A DNA stretch of 64,000 nt. Source: Azolla caroliniana. Taxonomy: Eukaryota > Plantae > Polypodiophyta. Shown in pieces: positions 9,530 to 21,369 of this stretch. The notes under the pieces were generated by a model, which was not told where the DNA came from, searched no databases, and saw nothing but the letters and a program-made list of their open reading frames with translations. Position numbers and translations under genes: made by a program. The DNA lies in assembly GCA_043228905.1 (NCBI GenBank), contig JBHGNT010000011.1:12834001-12898000 (forward strand). Reading direction: 5' to 3'. Each line of letters begins with the position of its first letter. Position 1 is the first letter of the stretch.

Positions 9530-11653
9530 ATGAAAGGGTCGAATCTTGCGGAGGCCATGGCTTCGGCCGTGGATCGGATATTGAGTGCACGCGAGGGCTC
9601 CGGCGCCCTCGACAGAGCCATTGAGGCGGTCGTCGGTACGATCGGTTGGTTCAGCGGAAAGGATGCCACGAAGTATTTGGCGTCCTACGGGGCAGAAATG
9701 CTGATGCGGGACATTTCGGAAGAGAGGCGTCTTGCCGGGTTCCCTCGAGTGGCGATGCCGAGCATCCATGCGGAGGTGCTCGAGGTGCGGGCGGAGAGCC
9801 GTACCTGGGAGGAGTTCGAAGGACGACTCCTAGAAAAATACGGGTTGGACGACGTGCTCCGGCTTTCGAAACGGGACTTCATCGAATGGGTGGAGTCCCC
9901 CGGCAAGGGAAGAAACGCGTCGGCACTCCTCCGGGAGTTCGAAGAACGCTTTGCGCGCCTTTCGGTGCTTGACCGAACCGTTCTGGCTACGAGCCGGGTC
10001 CTACTGTTCGTCAAGTCGGTGGACGAGCGGGACCGGGATCAAGTCGGCTCCTTGCTGGAAACCGAAGATGGGTTGACGACCGACTGGGCTGCGGTTAAGA
10101 GAGTCTGTGGCCGTTTCGACAAACGGCGAGAATGGGCTGACAACGGGGCGGCTGGTGCGGGCTCTGTCACAGCAAGGAGGCTTGAACCGGCACCGCAAGG
10201 GCGAAGGGAAGAAACTCGGGAATGGCTCGAAACCGGTCCGGCTTCAACCGGCATGGTCAGTGGCTCGTCCGGAGGAGCAGCGCTGGACGAGTTGACGCGG
10301 GTGATAAAGGATCTCTAGATCGCCCAGACTCGAAGGGAAGCCGGCGAACCGGCTCGTGACCGACGGCCGGCAGCGGGGAACAGGTGCATGTGGTGCGACG
10401 AGGTCGGCCACATTTGGAAGGACTGTGGCGATTTCGCAGAGGCGTTGAGGAACCGGGTGTACCTGTGGGAAGGGCGGGTGCACGCCGGCGACACCAGAAG
10501 GGCCCTAAACCGAAACGACGGGCGAGGAGGTATGAAGAGACTGATAGAAGAGGCAGCGGCCCGACACGTGGAGGCCATCCACTACTCGGCGTCGGCTAGC
10601 ATTCGGGTCGGGGGCAGCGAGGCCCGAAAGGAGAGCAAAGACGGATTCTGGTCGGCAATGCTGGAAGGCCTCGCCGGTGCACGGCTGAGGAAAGATGAAA
10701 CAGACTGCGCTGAGAGACGGGTCTGGGAAATAACCGGGTGGAGCGACCCGGTCGAGGAGAAGACGGGCTTTGTAGAAGTCGCCTGCCGGAACTACGAGGC
10801 TCTGGTGGAAGACAAACGATTGGGGAAAGCCGGAGCAGCCGGGCCCTCACAACGATACGAGACCCGATTCGGGCAACGACGGAACGATGCCGGTGGGTCC
10901 AGCGCGCAAGATAACCCCAGGAAGGGCGGATACCGACTGGGGACGGAAATAGAAAGGACCACGGACCTACGGAAGGTCCTAGAAGAACGGATCCTCGACA
11001 TAAAAGTGGAGCTGTCATTGCGGGAGGTGCTAGGGATCGCTAAGAAGGAGTTCCACGACTCCATTGTGGACTTGGTAAAGCGGAAGAGGCTGTCGACGGA
11101 GACGGAACCGGAGAGACTGGTGGAGGTGCGGACGACGCAAATCGACGACTCGGCGCTGGCAGATGAGTGGGCGGAGAGCCACTATTTGAGGCCACATTGG
11201 GCCCGAGCGACCACGGAGACCCCGGTAAAGATCGGAGATGTTCAGGAACCAGTGGTAGCATTAGTGGACCACGGTTCGGAAATAAACCTGATGTCCATGG
11301 ACTTCTATAAGAAGGGGAAGTGGCCGATCAACACCAAGCACGGGTGGAAGATACGAGCGGCGACGCGCGCCACCGAGGAACTGCACGGGGCCTGCCTGAA
11401 CGTGCGAGTCAAGATTGGCAACGTCGAGATTGACCAGCACTTCTTCGTACAGGAGACGTCCTCGCACCCGGTCATATTAGGGGAACCATACATCACGGCG
11501 GCGCGAATGGAGACCAAGGTGCTGGACAACGGTTCGGCCTACGCGAGGGTCAAAAGCTAGGATGGGCGCCATTCAGTCCAATTTCTGACGGTGCGGCCGA
11601 ACCACGAGTGAAACCGCGAATCCCTCGGTGGCGAGAACCAGGAGGATTTTTAG
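9530..11653 (+). pseudogene. gag: E2 gag-protease with premature stops
   Basis: Colinear with E1 gag-PR. In-frame stops at 10316-10318 and 11558-11560. Ends ...GAG GAT TTT TAG. Confidence 0.92.
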
Positions 11654-14600
11654 AGAGGGCTGCCAAGGCGTGGGGCCGAGACAGCCCGGACACTCGGGAA
11701 AGACCCCACGACTGTACGATAGAACCGAAACCGAAGAAACCTTGTAAGATAGGTAGGAAATTTTGCTTCTCCAACGACGGAGGGTGTATGATAGTCAGCA
11801 TCGTTGGCCGAGAAAAGACAAGGGCGGAAGTGCGACTTCGAGCGTGCGGAGTTCTCGGCCCGGACGAGGAAATCAGCGGAGCCGTGGAGGCGGTCTCCTT
11901 CGACGACACCTTGGGAATGCTGAGGAAGGTAGCCGGAGAAGACCTTAACGAAGACCGGACGATACCGGTATGTTCCGAAGAGATGTACGAAGTCATCGCG
12001 AACTTCAATCGGGGGCTCGGGTCGGATCGGACGGCCTGAGTTAGCACAAAGTACAAGACTGTGGACCGGAAGGTAAGGCCAGTCGCGGCACCCTTACCGG
12101 AGGGCAACGAGTCCCGAATCAGAGGGGTTGTGTCGGACCCCAGTTTACGAGATCCGGTCTGCATAGGACACACCTTCACCGACGGGACGCTCCAGGAGCT
12201 CAAAATCGGTGGGGGCGGGTTCCTACTGCCGGCGGAGGAAGACCGGTTTCGGAGAATGCTCGGAAGGCACGGGAAAGCCTTCGCATTCTCACCAGAAGAG
12301 ATCGGGTGCATAGACCCGACAATCGTGGAGCCGATGGTGATATTCACGGTACCGCATGTGCCGTGGAATCTCAAGCCTATTCCAGTACCGAGAGCTCACA
12401 TCCTGAAGTTGATGGAGCTATTGAGGCAGAAAGTCGATATGGGCATTCTCGAACCGTCGAGTGCCCCATACTCGAACCGATGGTTTACCATACCAAAGAA
12501 AAACGGAACATTGCGCTTCATTCAAGACCTGCAGCCGGTCAACAGAGTGACCATTCGGAACGCAGGAATCAGACCGACCATAGACGAGTTCGCAGAGGCC
12601 TTCGCCGGAAGGTCGATTTACTCGGTCGGTGATCTGTACTCGGGGTACGACCAGTTCCAGCTAGCCGTGGCGAGCAGAGACATCACGACGATGCAAATTC
12701 CCCTCAGCCTAGTGCGGATGTGTACCCTGCCACAAGGAGGGACCAACTCGGTGGCCCACATGGTGAATGCAATGAACAAGGTACTGAGGGATTGCATCCC
12801 GGACATCACCATGCCGTTTCTAGACGACATCCCGATCAAGGGGTGCCCGGTGGAGGAGAAGGACGAGACAGTCGGGCCGGACGGATGTCGGCGATTCGTG
12901 GCGACACACATCGACGACTGCGAGAAGGTGCTACAAAGGCTAGAGGATGCGAGGCTCACCTTCTCCGGGGAGAAATCGGCCTTCGGGCAATCGGAAATCC
13001 TGGTGGTCGGACACCTATGTGGACCATATGGCCGGAAGCCGTCTCCAGCAAAGGTAGAAGCCATCTCCGCGATGAAGACCGACTGTAGCTCGGTTACGGA
13101 AGTTCGGAGGTTCCTGGGGGCATGCGCGTTCTACCACATATGGATCCCGCATTAAGCCCACGTTGCGGAGCCGCTATACGGGTTGCTAAAGAAAGGGCGA
13201 AAATTCGAGTGGCGAGACGAGCACACGGAGTCGGTCCGGAAGCTGAAGGAAGCTCTTGCGGCAGCACCGGCGCTCTGAAAGGCTGTCTACGAGAAGGGTA
13301 CCCCGGTATACATAACGGTGGATATGAGTCCGACCGGGATCAGATGGGTCGTCAACCAAGAAGACGGGGACGGCATTCGGTTCCCGATCCGATTCAGCGC
13401 GAAGGTCCTCAGTGAGCGACAACGAGGGTACGCCCAGGTTAAACGCGAACTCTGGGGTATCGTTTCGGCAGTAAAGGCCGACAAAGACTACCTGATCGGG
13501 ACGGAAGTGATTATCGAGACAGATTGCCTGCCAATTCTCGGCATGGTTTCCGGATGCGCGACACCGGACCTGGCGATGCTCAGGTGGATAGCGTACATCA
13601 AGTCCCTGGACCTGGAAATACGGCACATTTTCGGAAATGACAACACCATGGCCAACATGCTTTCGAGGGCGAGGTTTGATGACGAGGGCGGCATGGTTTC
13701 GGAGGACGAAGAAGTCGGCGTGAACTTCTTCGAAGCGGCGTACGTGACGACCGATGGGACGAGCACTCCGGCACTTAACGACTTCGATGAGAGCAAGTAT
13801 GACGGCGAGTGGCTCCAGATCGGTGGATTTTTGAGGACAATGATGCCGGATGCGTCATGGACGAAGGACGAGGCCAACCGGATCCGGAAGAAAGCTTACC
13901 GATTCTTTCTCCGGGACGGATACTTATGGAAGCACCCGAAGAAGAGGAACGGCGTCCCGCTCCGGGTGGTGGCGATGAAGGAAGAACAGGAGGAGCTGTT
14001 GACGGCCTACCACGACAGCCCTTGGGCTGGACACCGTGGAACGTGGGCCATGTTCGAGAAGATAAAGGGGAAGTACTGGTGGCCGGGACTATACCGGGAC
14101 GTGCATTGGTTCGTGACAACTTGCGAGAGCTGCCAGATGCACTCCGTAGTCCGACATCGGGACGAGCTTCACCCTACGTACCCTCCGACCATCCACTTCA
14201 AATGGATGGTGGATCTGGTGACGATGCCGATGGGCGTAGGACAGATGCGGTATCTAGTCCTGGCTCGGGAAGATCTGACGAACCAGGTGGAAGGTCGAGC
14301 CCTTCAGAACAAAACGACCGCGGCCGTATGTCGGTTCCTGATTGAGGACGTGATATGCCGGTACGGGTGCGTCGGGAAGATCGTGGCTGATCGCGGGGAG
14401 TTGGACGCCGAAGAGGCCGAGGAGATGTTCGACCGGCTAGGAGTCAAGCTCTCACTTACCACTGCGTACAATCCGGAGGCGAATGGGAAGGTGGAGCACG
14501 GAGACGGACCGATCATCAAGGCGTTAGTTCGGGCATGCGGAGGGCAAGTCGGGAACTGGCCACGGCTGCTACCTTACGCGTTGTGGGCTGACCGAACTAC

Positions 14601-15147
14601 GCACAGTTCGGTAACCGGATTCATGCCGGCAGAGCTCATGTTTGGGCAGAAGCCGATCATGCCGATGGAACGAACGATCTCCTCATGAGCAACCGTGGAC
14701 TGGAGAGACGAGATGAGCCGGGAGGAATTGTTGACGGCGCGCATACGACAGCTCGAGCGAAGACCGGAGGACGTGGAGCAGGCTGCGGAAAAGCTTCGAG
14801 TGGCAAGGACGAGGAACAAAGCCCGGTTCGACCGAACGCACCGGCTCCGACCGAAGAAAATCGAGGAAGGCGGTTGGGTGTTAGTCTACGACAGCAGCCT
14901 CGACAACCAGCACCGAGCGACACGGAAGTTCGCAAGAAGGTGGTTCGGGCCTTACGTGGTACAAAGCGCCAACGACAATGGGACGTACCATCTGGCGGAA
15001 CTCGATGGTACTAGAATGGCGATACCGGTAGCTGGGAAGCGGATCAAAGCGTTCAAGAAGCGTCACGATGATGAGCCGGATCCGGTTGACCTGGACCGCG
15101 ACGATGAACGATCCGAAACTGAGGAAGAACCGACGGGCGGGGATTGA
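11650..15147 (+). pseudogene. pol: E2 pol (RT, RNase H, integrase) with premature stops
   Basis: ORF pieces 11608-12039, 12061-13155, 13318-14688 and 14695-15147 lie in one frame, separated by point stops. Confidence 0.92.
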
Positions 15148-15220
15148 AAGCTGGACCGGTTTTCTCCGTCCCAACTCAATTTGGCGCATGCCGGTGGATG
15201 CGCGGTTAAGTGGGGGCGGA

Positions 15221-15848
15221 TGTCGTGAAGAAAACCGTCCGCAAGCGGAATCGGTGTGCCGGAGCGTAGGAACCGGCTCTTCTTGCGCGTTGTACATAAG
15301 AGAGAATGTTGTACATAGAAGATCCGAGGTAGGTAGATTCGGTAGGTGGGGAGTTAATAGGAAACGACTCCCTTTTTGCCTATAAGAGCAGGGAGACGAG
15401 GAGGAGGAAGGCATCGCGGAATCAGAGAGGACGAAGTGTTGTCGGGCTGTCGGTAGAAGGCTTCTCTCTCTTCCATACTCCATAGCTTCTTTCTATGCAG
15501 GTTTCGGGAGGCTCGCGCTGCTCTGAGGAATGCCCGAGTGCTTCCGGCAGCACCTCCAACCTACTTCTTTCTTTCTGTCCGTTTACGAACAAGCATCGGC
15601 ATCTGTTCGCCGGCCTGTTCGGTTGTAACCGACTTTGTGTCTTGTTGTTTGTCTTTGTTAATAGATACATAGATTCGTGTCTCTCTGTGTCGCTGTCCCA
15701 CTTGCGTCTTCGTGTCGAAGGGCCGTGTCCCTGTGAACCTACGTTCGCACCTTGTGGGTCTCTTCCCCTCTCCTTTCTCTCTTGCTCTTCGGTATAGGAC
15801 CCCCGAGGTCCCGCCTCATTCCATGCATCCGCGAGGACTACCTCGACA
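15221..15848 (+). repeat. E2 3' LTR (PPT AAGTGGGGGCGGA at 15208-15220)
   Basis: TGTCG...CGACA termini; repeat of 8859-9486. Confidence 0.95.
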
Positions 15849-15852
15849 ACGC

Positions 15853-16143
15853 GTAAGATAGAAAGTACTAGCACAGAACGGTAATCAATTCACAGAGATA
15901 AGACAATAGGGCTTTATTAATTATCCGTCCCGATTTACAATGTAATCGGGCCTTATTATAGATCACTGGCTTTGCATACAAAACGGTGCCAACCGGTCCC
16001 AATCCGAATCGGCATACCGATTCCGATCCGTTTGTTCACTTCTCAAAATATACTTAATTACTAATTATTCTAATAACAGCTTCCGATAATTCCTGCCCTT
16101 TCACATTTTGGACTGTCCTCCGCTCCTTACCGGCTGGCTAACA
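15853..16143 (-). repeat. E3 3' LTR, part 2
   Basis: Aligns with 26549-26856 (one 18-nt indel) and ends GGCTAACA. Confidence 0.92.
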
Positions 16144-16145
16144 CA

Positions 16146-16162
16146 TGGCACGCCCGTGGGAC
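16146..16162 (+). promoter_or_regulatory. tRNA-Arg(UCU) PBS-like site at the E3 PPT position
   Basis: TGGCACGCCCGTGGGAC, 2 nt from the LTR, matches the complement of plant tRNA-Arg(UCU) 3' end (TGGCACGCCCGGTGGGAC) with a 1-nt gap. No purine tract is present on the coding strand. Confidence 0.7.
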
Positions 16163-16272
16163 AGTACCTTGTACATCGAATCCCACTATCCGGCCTTCAA
16201 TCCTCGTCCAAAATGTCCAGAATGCTCTAATCGAGGGGCTCTAAGGGTTCTTCGGAAAGCTGATCAAACCGT

Positions 16273-19200
16273 TGTCGCGTTGTTACGTGCGTGCGTGGAG
16301 AAAGGCGGGACCACGGGGGTCTTGGACTAGGGAGTGATGGAGCGTAGCAAGTCGTGCTTCACTGTTTCTGGGGTATCCCCGGGACACCCTGGAAGCAACC
16401 GTAGGGAAAGATAGAGAGAGAGAGAGAGAGAGAGTGCTTAACACCGACTCACACACACACGCACACACACACGCACACACAGCCCGACCCGACTCACGCC
16501 CTTATGTACAGGAAACGCAGGAAAGAGGAAGCACCCAACACCAACCAAGACGCGGATATACACAGACAGACGCAAAGGTATATATATATATAAAGAAGAG
16601 TACATTCCCGGCTTCGAGCCGGTCCAAGGTAGGTTACAGTAGTCGTCAGCTGCCAAGCCGCCGTCGGAGAGCTCTCAGCTCGTCGCGCCGAGCAGGGTCT
16701 TGCACAGGAGGCTGAACCAAAGCCAACCCTAAGCAAACACGAAGGAGAAGAAGAAGAAGAAGCTAACTCTAAACCTAACGGTATACCCTGTAATGCAAAA
16801 TGGGCAACCCTACACAAAGGGGTGCTCCCTTCCTTTTATAGAACAAGGAAAGGGATGTGTTACAATGTGGGACAAATCCCGACTTTCATGGGATCGTCTG
16901 TCCCGACTTGACTACTCTTCGGCGCCATAAAGGCGCCCTCGATATTCACACTAAATGTACAAGGGTGCTTACACATGCTGCACCCCACCGATGTAGCCAA
17001 TGTTTCCCGGTTTCCGCCTCTGGCCGAAATTCTTCACGACATCCGCCCCCACCTAACTGCACGTCCACCGGTACGTGCCAAATCTGGTTGAAGGGTGAGA
17101 GATTTCGGCCAGCGGGAAACCGGTCTTTCGTGATCCGCATCCCGGCTCGCTGCCGGTTGATCCGTCGGCTTCGATTCTTCCTTCGCGCTTGCCTCCCCGT
17201 AGGCTCGTTCGACTCGTCGATGGGTCCTCTGCCGCGATGTCCATAGTACGCGTACTTCCGTTGGCCCTTGTTCGGCCGTATGAACGCCCTGCTTCCCGCC
17301 GTACGCCCCGATGTCCTCCGCTTGAGGCATGCCTGTAGTGGCCCGCTTGGCCTCCGTTGACCCTTCGTGATGTCCTGGTTGTCGTCCCATGTTGCTTCGT
17401 GTGGCCACCGCCCTCTCGCCGCCACCTTCCTTCTCCATGGTCTTACATTGCCGCGTCGGCTCGAACCGCCATGGTCTCCGGAACGGTGTGGAGGATCCCT
17501 TTCCGGCCTTCTCCGCACTCGCCTTTCCGCTCCGACACCTCCGTGTGCCAACATACCCTCGTCCGTTGTTTGGCATTGCCCGTGTTGCACTCCTTGTCGG
17601 CCCCCTTTCTGGCCAGATCGTGCATCGCTGCTCACCCGCATACCGGTGTCCTTTGCATCCGAGGAACACCCCGTAGTAGCCCGCTTGGCCCTTCCCATCT
17701 TCGTGTTGCTGCAACAGGTCTTGAGTCTTCCCCTTGTCGTCGTCCCCTCACCCCCACCAGCTTGTCACCCCGGCTTGCCGTGTCAGTCTTCGTTACTTCG
17801 ACGGAGCTACCGAGATCTACGAAGCGAGTGTGGAGGATCCTCCTCCGGCCTCTCTTGCCATCCTGATTCCGACCCTGTGCAGTCCACTAGGCACTTGCCA
17901 CTTCGTTCTCGGCACCTCCCTTGTGCCGTCTTCCGCTTCCTTCGTTCGGCCCCGCCCGCGCTGAACACCGTCCCGTAGTCACGCTTTGATCCGGCCCGCG
18001 ATGGCCATTTGCGAGACTCTTTTTCTGTTCTAGGTGTGCCTTTCCGGCCCGACACACCTCCCCATATCTGCCCCTACCGGCTCCTTCCGAACCTCGTGTC
18101 GTCGGGTCCCGTTCCCTGCCGCCACCATCCTTCTCCCTCGGTCTCACGTTGCCACGTTGGCCGAACTGTCGGAGTCTCCGGATCAGTGTGAGGGTCCCAT
18201 AGGACTGGACTCCGTTTCTATGCTTGCCGAAATTCGGGTGCCTTTTGTTTGAGTCCCTCCCGGACTCTCCTCGTGTCTTCCGTGTTGTCGGGTCCCATTT
18301 CCCGCCGCCACCTTCCTTCTCCCTCGGTCTTACGTTGCCACGTTGGCCAAACAGCCGGAGTCTCCGGTTAAGTGTGGGGATCCCGTAGGACCGGACTTCC
18401 TTACGCCCATTGCCTTTGTCACCTCGCCGCCACCGTCAGTATCTTGGTCTTACGTCGACCGCGTTGCCGACTGCCGAAGTCTCTAGAACCGGTGTGAAGG
18501 ATCCTCCGTAGGCCGCCCATCTGTAGCCCTTGCCTTCGTCACCTCGCCGCCACTGTCAGTATCTTGGTCTTACGTCGACCGCGTTGCCGACTGCCGAAGT
18601 CTCTAGAACCGGTGTGAAGGATCCTCCTCGGGCATTCATCGCCTTCTTGACCCTGTCCCGGGTCGTCCTTTTCCGCATGCCGAGAGGGCGGTTTACTCCG
18701 CACCCTCTCCTGTGGTACCAACGTACCGTGTCCTCGTCCTCTTCGTAGGCCTGCTCTCTTCCTCCCTCCTGGAATGGTCATCCGGGAGTCCGCTCCGCCC
18801 GGTTCTCGTCCGGGTCCGTTCGTCCTTCTCCGGATTGTCGAGTCTCGTTCTCCTGTCGCCACCGATCTCTCTTATAGGACTTACGCCGGCACTCGGGCCT
18901 GCAGCCAGATCGGTGTAAGGAATCCCATAGGATCGGCTTTCATTCTCTTTCCAAATCTCGACCTTCGCCCGGTCGGTCTTTCTCCCCATGTAAAAGAGGG
19001 CGGCTCGTCTCGCACCCTCTTCCGCATCGGCACTTCATGCCGATCGAACAATCCACGACTGGATCACGCTCCACCCATATCGGAATGCCGATCTCCTCGT
19101 GTGGTGTCCGTCCTCGGCCTTCTCGCATGCCGTCTCCCATCCGTCTTCGTTGGCAGAGGTTGTCGGTAGTCTTCCGTTGTTCCTCCTTCGCCGCCATTTT
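16273..19200 (-). mobile_element. E4: non-autonomous E1-family relative; 3' LTR plus repeat-rich internal region, 5' LTR lost
   Basis: LTR 16273-17041 reads TGTCGTGAAG...CGCGACA on the minus strand. PPT AGGTGGGGGCGGA at 17042-17054. No gag or pol motifs in 17055-19200. The right boundary is approximate. Confidence 0.8.
17410..18930. repeat. Diverged array of about 7 copies of a ~90-100 bp unit inside E4
   Basis: Recurrent GCCGCCACC...GGTCTTAC...TTGCC...GGTGTG(G/A)AGGATCC near 17418, 17750, 18118, 18303, 18425, 18545 and 18858. 18410-18508 and 18530-18628 are nearly identical (period 120). Confidence 0.75.
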
Positions 19201-20084
19201 CATTCTCTTTCCCTGGCCCGTAATGCTTCTTGTGCAGCCAGGTCTTCTTTGAGAACGGCAAGCTCTTGTGCTTGCGCTTTAATTGTATCCGGGATTGTTT
19301 CCGTCACCGGGGTCGTATTATTATGTACAGTTGTCGGTGTTTCATTATTCTGTACATTTACCGGAGCCATCGGTTCTTGTTCTTGGGGTCCTGTTATGAC
19401 CATCTTAGCCAATTCTTCCGTGGCTATTTCGAATTCTTGTTCCAAGCTCCGGATCCTTGACAAGGCCTTCTCTAGTTCTCCGGTTGTGGCTACCAACCAG
19501 TCCAATTGTGCTTTCTCTTTTGCCTCCATATAATGGACCAGTCCGGCTATTTGCTCATCGATCCACCACAGCCATTGGCTGTCGGTGCTTTGTTGCTGTG
19601 TCCACGCGGAGGGTTGGCCAATTTTTGCGCTTGCCAGTGGCTGATCTTGTCTGGTTACGTCGATTGGCAACTCTAGCTCTAGTTGGTTACCAGTTGGCAG
19701 TACCGGCTCTGGTTGTGCCTCAGTTGGCCATTCCAACTCTGCTTGGTCCTGGTGTGCCGGTGGTGTAGACAAATGAATCATCGGCTCTTGAATCACAGGT
19801 CTTGTTATGTCCTGACCCGCCGGCGTAGCCTGTTGCGCAAGGAATTCTGTGACCGGTTCTGTTCGAACCGGTTCCGATTCCACCCTTGGCTCTGGGCCCT
19901 CAGTGCCGGGTATCGGCATCCTATCCTTCTCTGGGCCCGATTGCTCCTCGGCATGGTCTACAGTGCGCTTCTTCTGGCGCCGTTGGAGGTGCTCGTTGGG
20001 CTCCTTTGCCGTTTCCTCCTCCTGAGTCCCAAGATTGATTTTCATTACCAAGGGCTCTAGCTCCTGTTGACCTGGTCGGCGCAA
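19200..20084 (-). CDS. E3 extra ORF-B, unknown function; P/E/Q-rich region plus coiled coil; probably truncated at the E4 junction
   Basis: 294-aa open frame downstream of pol, in sense orientation, with heptad-like ELEKALSRIRSLEQEFEIATEELAK. Confidence 0.55.
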   Translation of the reverse strand: MRRPGQQELEPLVMKINLGTQEEETAKEPNEHLQRRQKKRTVDHAEEQSGPEKDRMPIPGTEGPEPRVESEPVRTEPVTEFLAQQATPAGQDITRPVIQEPMIHLSTPPAHQDQAELEWPTEAQPEPVLPTGNQLELELPIDVTRQDQPLASAKIGQPSAWTQQQSTDSQWLWWIDEQIAGLVHYMEAKEKAQLDWLVATTGELEKALSRIRSLEQEFEIATEELAKMVITGPQEQEPMAPVNVQNNETPTTVHNNTTPVTETIPDTIKAQAQELAVLKEDLAAQEALRARERE

Positions 20085-20129
20085 TGTAATCTTTATTGGC
20101 CGTGCCGGTGTTTCCTCTTGCGTCTCCGC

Positions 20130-20948
20130 CTAGTTAGGCCGCTCTTTCGCCGTTTTTGCAGTGTCGGCCTCCTTCCCTTTGGTTGCCTTAGCAGCCAATA
20201 GCTGCTGCCGTTTTGAAGCCGTTTTAGGGGTTCCTTCAGTTGTTTTCCCCCGCTTCTTCGCCATGATGGGCTCCACTGGTCGTGCTAACAGTGTGAGCCC
20301 TTGCGCCATCGTCGTCCATATTTTCCTGCCATCCTTCCCTCTTACCGAGTCGATGGCCGCGCGCAGTCCGTCGGCGATCAGCACTGACCAGTCCACCTGT
20401 ATACCCTCATATGTGGCTATAATTAAACCGGCTCTATTCCTAGGCATTGCCCGGGGTTGAGGGTACACATGGCCAAACTCGTGGAGTACACGAGCAATCT
20501 CTCGGAATAAGCCATCCTCACCGCCTTGTGTGCAATATGCCTTGCTGGCCAGAGAGTACTCATCGAGGTATTTCGTGAGCTGCTCCAGGGTAGGGTTGTC
20601 GATGGTGAAGATGCCGCCTTTGGGTAGGCTCGCCAGGGCACGGATTGCCTCCTCTGTGATTACTTTTGTGTCGATGTCTTTGACAACCTTTTCTACCTCT
20701 CTGTGTGGTGGTGCCTCCATGATCCTCAAGAATCCTTCAAATCCATGTTGCTTCAAGCACTTCTTGGCTGCCTCAGAGAGCGCCATGCAGTCCATTTCTC
20801 CTTCTGAGTTGGTGGGTGCTAGTGAGGTAGGTGCGTTAGTGGGCTCTGGGTGCTCGTGTCTGATTATTCTTAATCGCCTGTGTGCGTTTGCAATTCTCTG
20901 TTCACGAAATGAGATGGCCTTCATGCGGTGGAGGTTTTCGTTCTGCAT
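20130..20948 (-). CDS. E3 extra ORF-A, unknown function
   Basis: 272-aa ATG-started ORF about 0.5 kb after integrase. Globular-looking core with a basic C-terminus. Its frame is the same as ORF-B, so the two may be one gene broken by a stop. Confidence 0.55.
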   Translation of the reverse strand: MQNENLHRMKAISFREQRIANAHRRLRIIRHEHPEPTNAPTSLAPTNSEGEMDCMALSEAAKKCLKQHGFEGFLRIMEAPPHREVEKVVKDIDTKVITEEAIRALASLPKGGIFTIDNPTLEQLTKYLDEYSLASKAYCTQGGEDGLFREIARVLHEFGHVYPQPRAMPRNRAGLIIATYEGIQVDWSVLIADGLRAAIDSVRGKDGRKIWTTMAQGLTLLARPVEPIMAKKRGKTTEGTPKTASKRQQLLAAKATKGKEADTAKTAKERPN

Positions 20949-21369
20949 GTTGGCGCCCTTCTCGATTCCTGCGCATGCGCACGTTGTGCACTATAATAGC
21001 AATGAAGTGCCATGTGGCGGCATTTTAATGCGCTATAAATAGCCCACTACGTGGCTTTTCAAAGTGCCCGTTCACTCCTTGTCATTGCATGTGGCCGTTC
21101 GCTCCTCGCCATTGCATGATTTGGGTTTCATTTGATCTGATTCAATTTCCTTTCTTTTTCTTTTCTTTCTTTATTTATTTTAAATTCAATCTTGTTAATC
21201 CGTATCTGGCCCAAACGGACCCTTCTCCGGATTGTGGTCCCATTCACCGGTTTCGTGCTTGCCGATTTCTTGACCGGTTAACGTCTCGTTGTGTCGTCCT
21301 TACCAGTGTCTGGTTCGGTGTCAGCCTTTGTCTGTTCAAACGGGTTTCTTGGCATGGGTCCATAGTATG

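Larger units (their letters stand above)
8859..15848 (+). mobile_element. E2: full-length E1-family Ty3/gypsy element, degenerate, inserted in the E3 LTR
   Basis: 628-bp LTRs at 8859-9486 and 15221-15848 with about 17 mismatches by eye. TSD ACGC (8855-8858 and 15849-15852). Trp PBS and PPT present. Proteins are highly similar to E1. Confidence 0.96.

Noticed and set aside
12037-12039. Programmed TGA read-through before RT in E2
   Set aside because: E1 has CGA at this codon, so it is a CpG deamination.
16145-16330. ORF MARPWDS... starting in the second PBS-like site
   Set aside because: It is short, runs into the E4 LTR, and its ATG is a by-product of CA-TGG. No recognisable domain, though an antisense ORF in intact copies is not excluded.
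17410-18930. Repeat-spacer pattern in E4 as a CRISPR-like array
   Set aside because: Units are about 100 bp, diverged and irregularly spaced, there are no cas genes, and the context is a eukaryotic retroelement.
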